Assembly (NCBI GenBank): GCA_963668175.1
Contig: OY764159.1
Span: forward strand, 2,880,001-2,944,000
Source of the DNA: Syntrophales bacterium
GTDB lineage: Bacteria; Desulfobacterota; Syntrophia; Syntrophales; PHBD01
Length of the DNA stretch: 64,000 nt
Direction of reading: 5' to 3'
A model generated the notes under the pieces. That model ran no database searches. It saw nothing but the letters and a program-made list of their open reading frames with translations, and was not told the origin of the DNA. Position 1 is the first letter of the stretch. Every line of letters starts with the position of its first letter. This document shows, piece after piece, positions 63,354 to 64,000 of this stretch. Both the position numbers and the translations under genes were made by a program.

Positions 63354-63553
63354 GCAGCCGTAAACGTCATGCCCGGCCGTGCCCGGCCGGAGGCGGGTCC
63401 TCGCGGTCCTGCGCTTTTCGCTTGTCGCGGCAACTGCCGCGTGCGCGGAAGGGGCGCAGGATTCCGTCCGGGATCGCCGTCATGAGGCCCGTCGGCGTCC
63501 AATATCCTTGATACTGTTAAACAGCCTACTCCCGTTGAACAGGATGCGCATCC

Positions 63554-64000
63554 ATGATCACCGGCAAACCGATCAAGCCCGGTCTCTTCTCCCTGATCCT
63601 GCTTCTTCTTTTTTCCGTCCCGTCCCTGGCGGATACCGCGCGCGTCGTTCTCTACCCCTCTTCCGCCCTCGTTACGGAGAATACCCGCGTCAGGCTGATC
63701 CCCGATGCCGGCCGTCTTAAGAAGGCCGTCTTCACCCTGCCTGCCTCGGCGGACCCGCAAACCCTCGCGATCGCGGCCGCCGGGAACCCCGCACTGGTTC
63801 TCACGGACCAGCAGTACCGCAAGATAGACCCGGCGGGGCCTGCCGTAAGCGATGGCCGTGCCCGGAAGCTCGCCAGGCTGAAGGAAGAACACGCCGCCCT
63901 GACGGCTTCGCTCAAGTCCGCCGAGGTCCAGATCCAGTTCTGGCAATCCCAGACCAAGACGAGATCGAAGACGCCGCAGGATGCTGCGAACCTGGCGGCG
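63554..64000 (+). CDS. Secreted DUF4140/DUF4139-family protein (3'-truncated by the window edge; absent from the ORF track)
   Basis: MITGKP...FSVPSLA signal peptide, VVLYPSSALVTE, LPASADPQTL, then coiled coil. Open to the window end. Confidence 0.8.
   Translation, partial: MITGKPIKPGLFSLILLLLFSVPSLADTARVVLYPSSALVTENTRVRLIPDAGRLKKAVFTLPASADPQTLAIAAAGNPALVLTDQQYRKIDPAGPAVSDGRARKLARLKEEHAALTASLKSAEVQIQFWQSQTKTRSKTPQDAANLAA

Overview
A GC-rich (~60% by eye) chromosomal window from an anaerobic, probably flagellated deltaproteobacterium. A Syntrophales-like organism is my inference from gene content. Signalling genes dominate: four PAS histidine kinases, three Rcp1-type single-domain response regulators, two HDOD proteins, a REC-HD-GYP protein, CheV and a sigma-54 activator. 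Oxidative-stress and metal genes include bacterioferritin, PerR plus rubrerythrin with two identical operator palindromes, an HMA chaperone and a USP. Acyl-CoA and organic-acid metabolism genes include two rubredoxin-fused acyl-CoA dehydrogenases, thioesterases, a biotin carboxylase-BCCP fusion and a sigma-54 3-hydroxybutyrate operon. Also present are folD, orphan motAB, a tandem pair of secreted caspase-like proteases, tandem MtaD-like deaminases and tRNA-Leu(TAA). I found no CRISPR array, integrase, transposase or reverse transcriptase. The most interesting candidates are: (1) a putative operon of an active ACAD-rubredoxin fusion, a catalytically degenerate twin, an exported superoxide-reductase-like protein and bacterioferritin; (2) a low-GC islet carrying a GIY-YIG/zinc-finger multidomain gene next to a REP-like repeat; (3) a caspase pair with identical catalytic domains but diverged C-termini; (4) a probable AUU start codon; (5) a one-base frameshift in a REC-PAS-LuxR regulator. 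All assignments come from motif recognition by eye; no searches were run.
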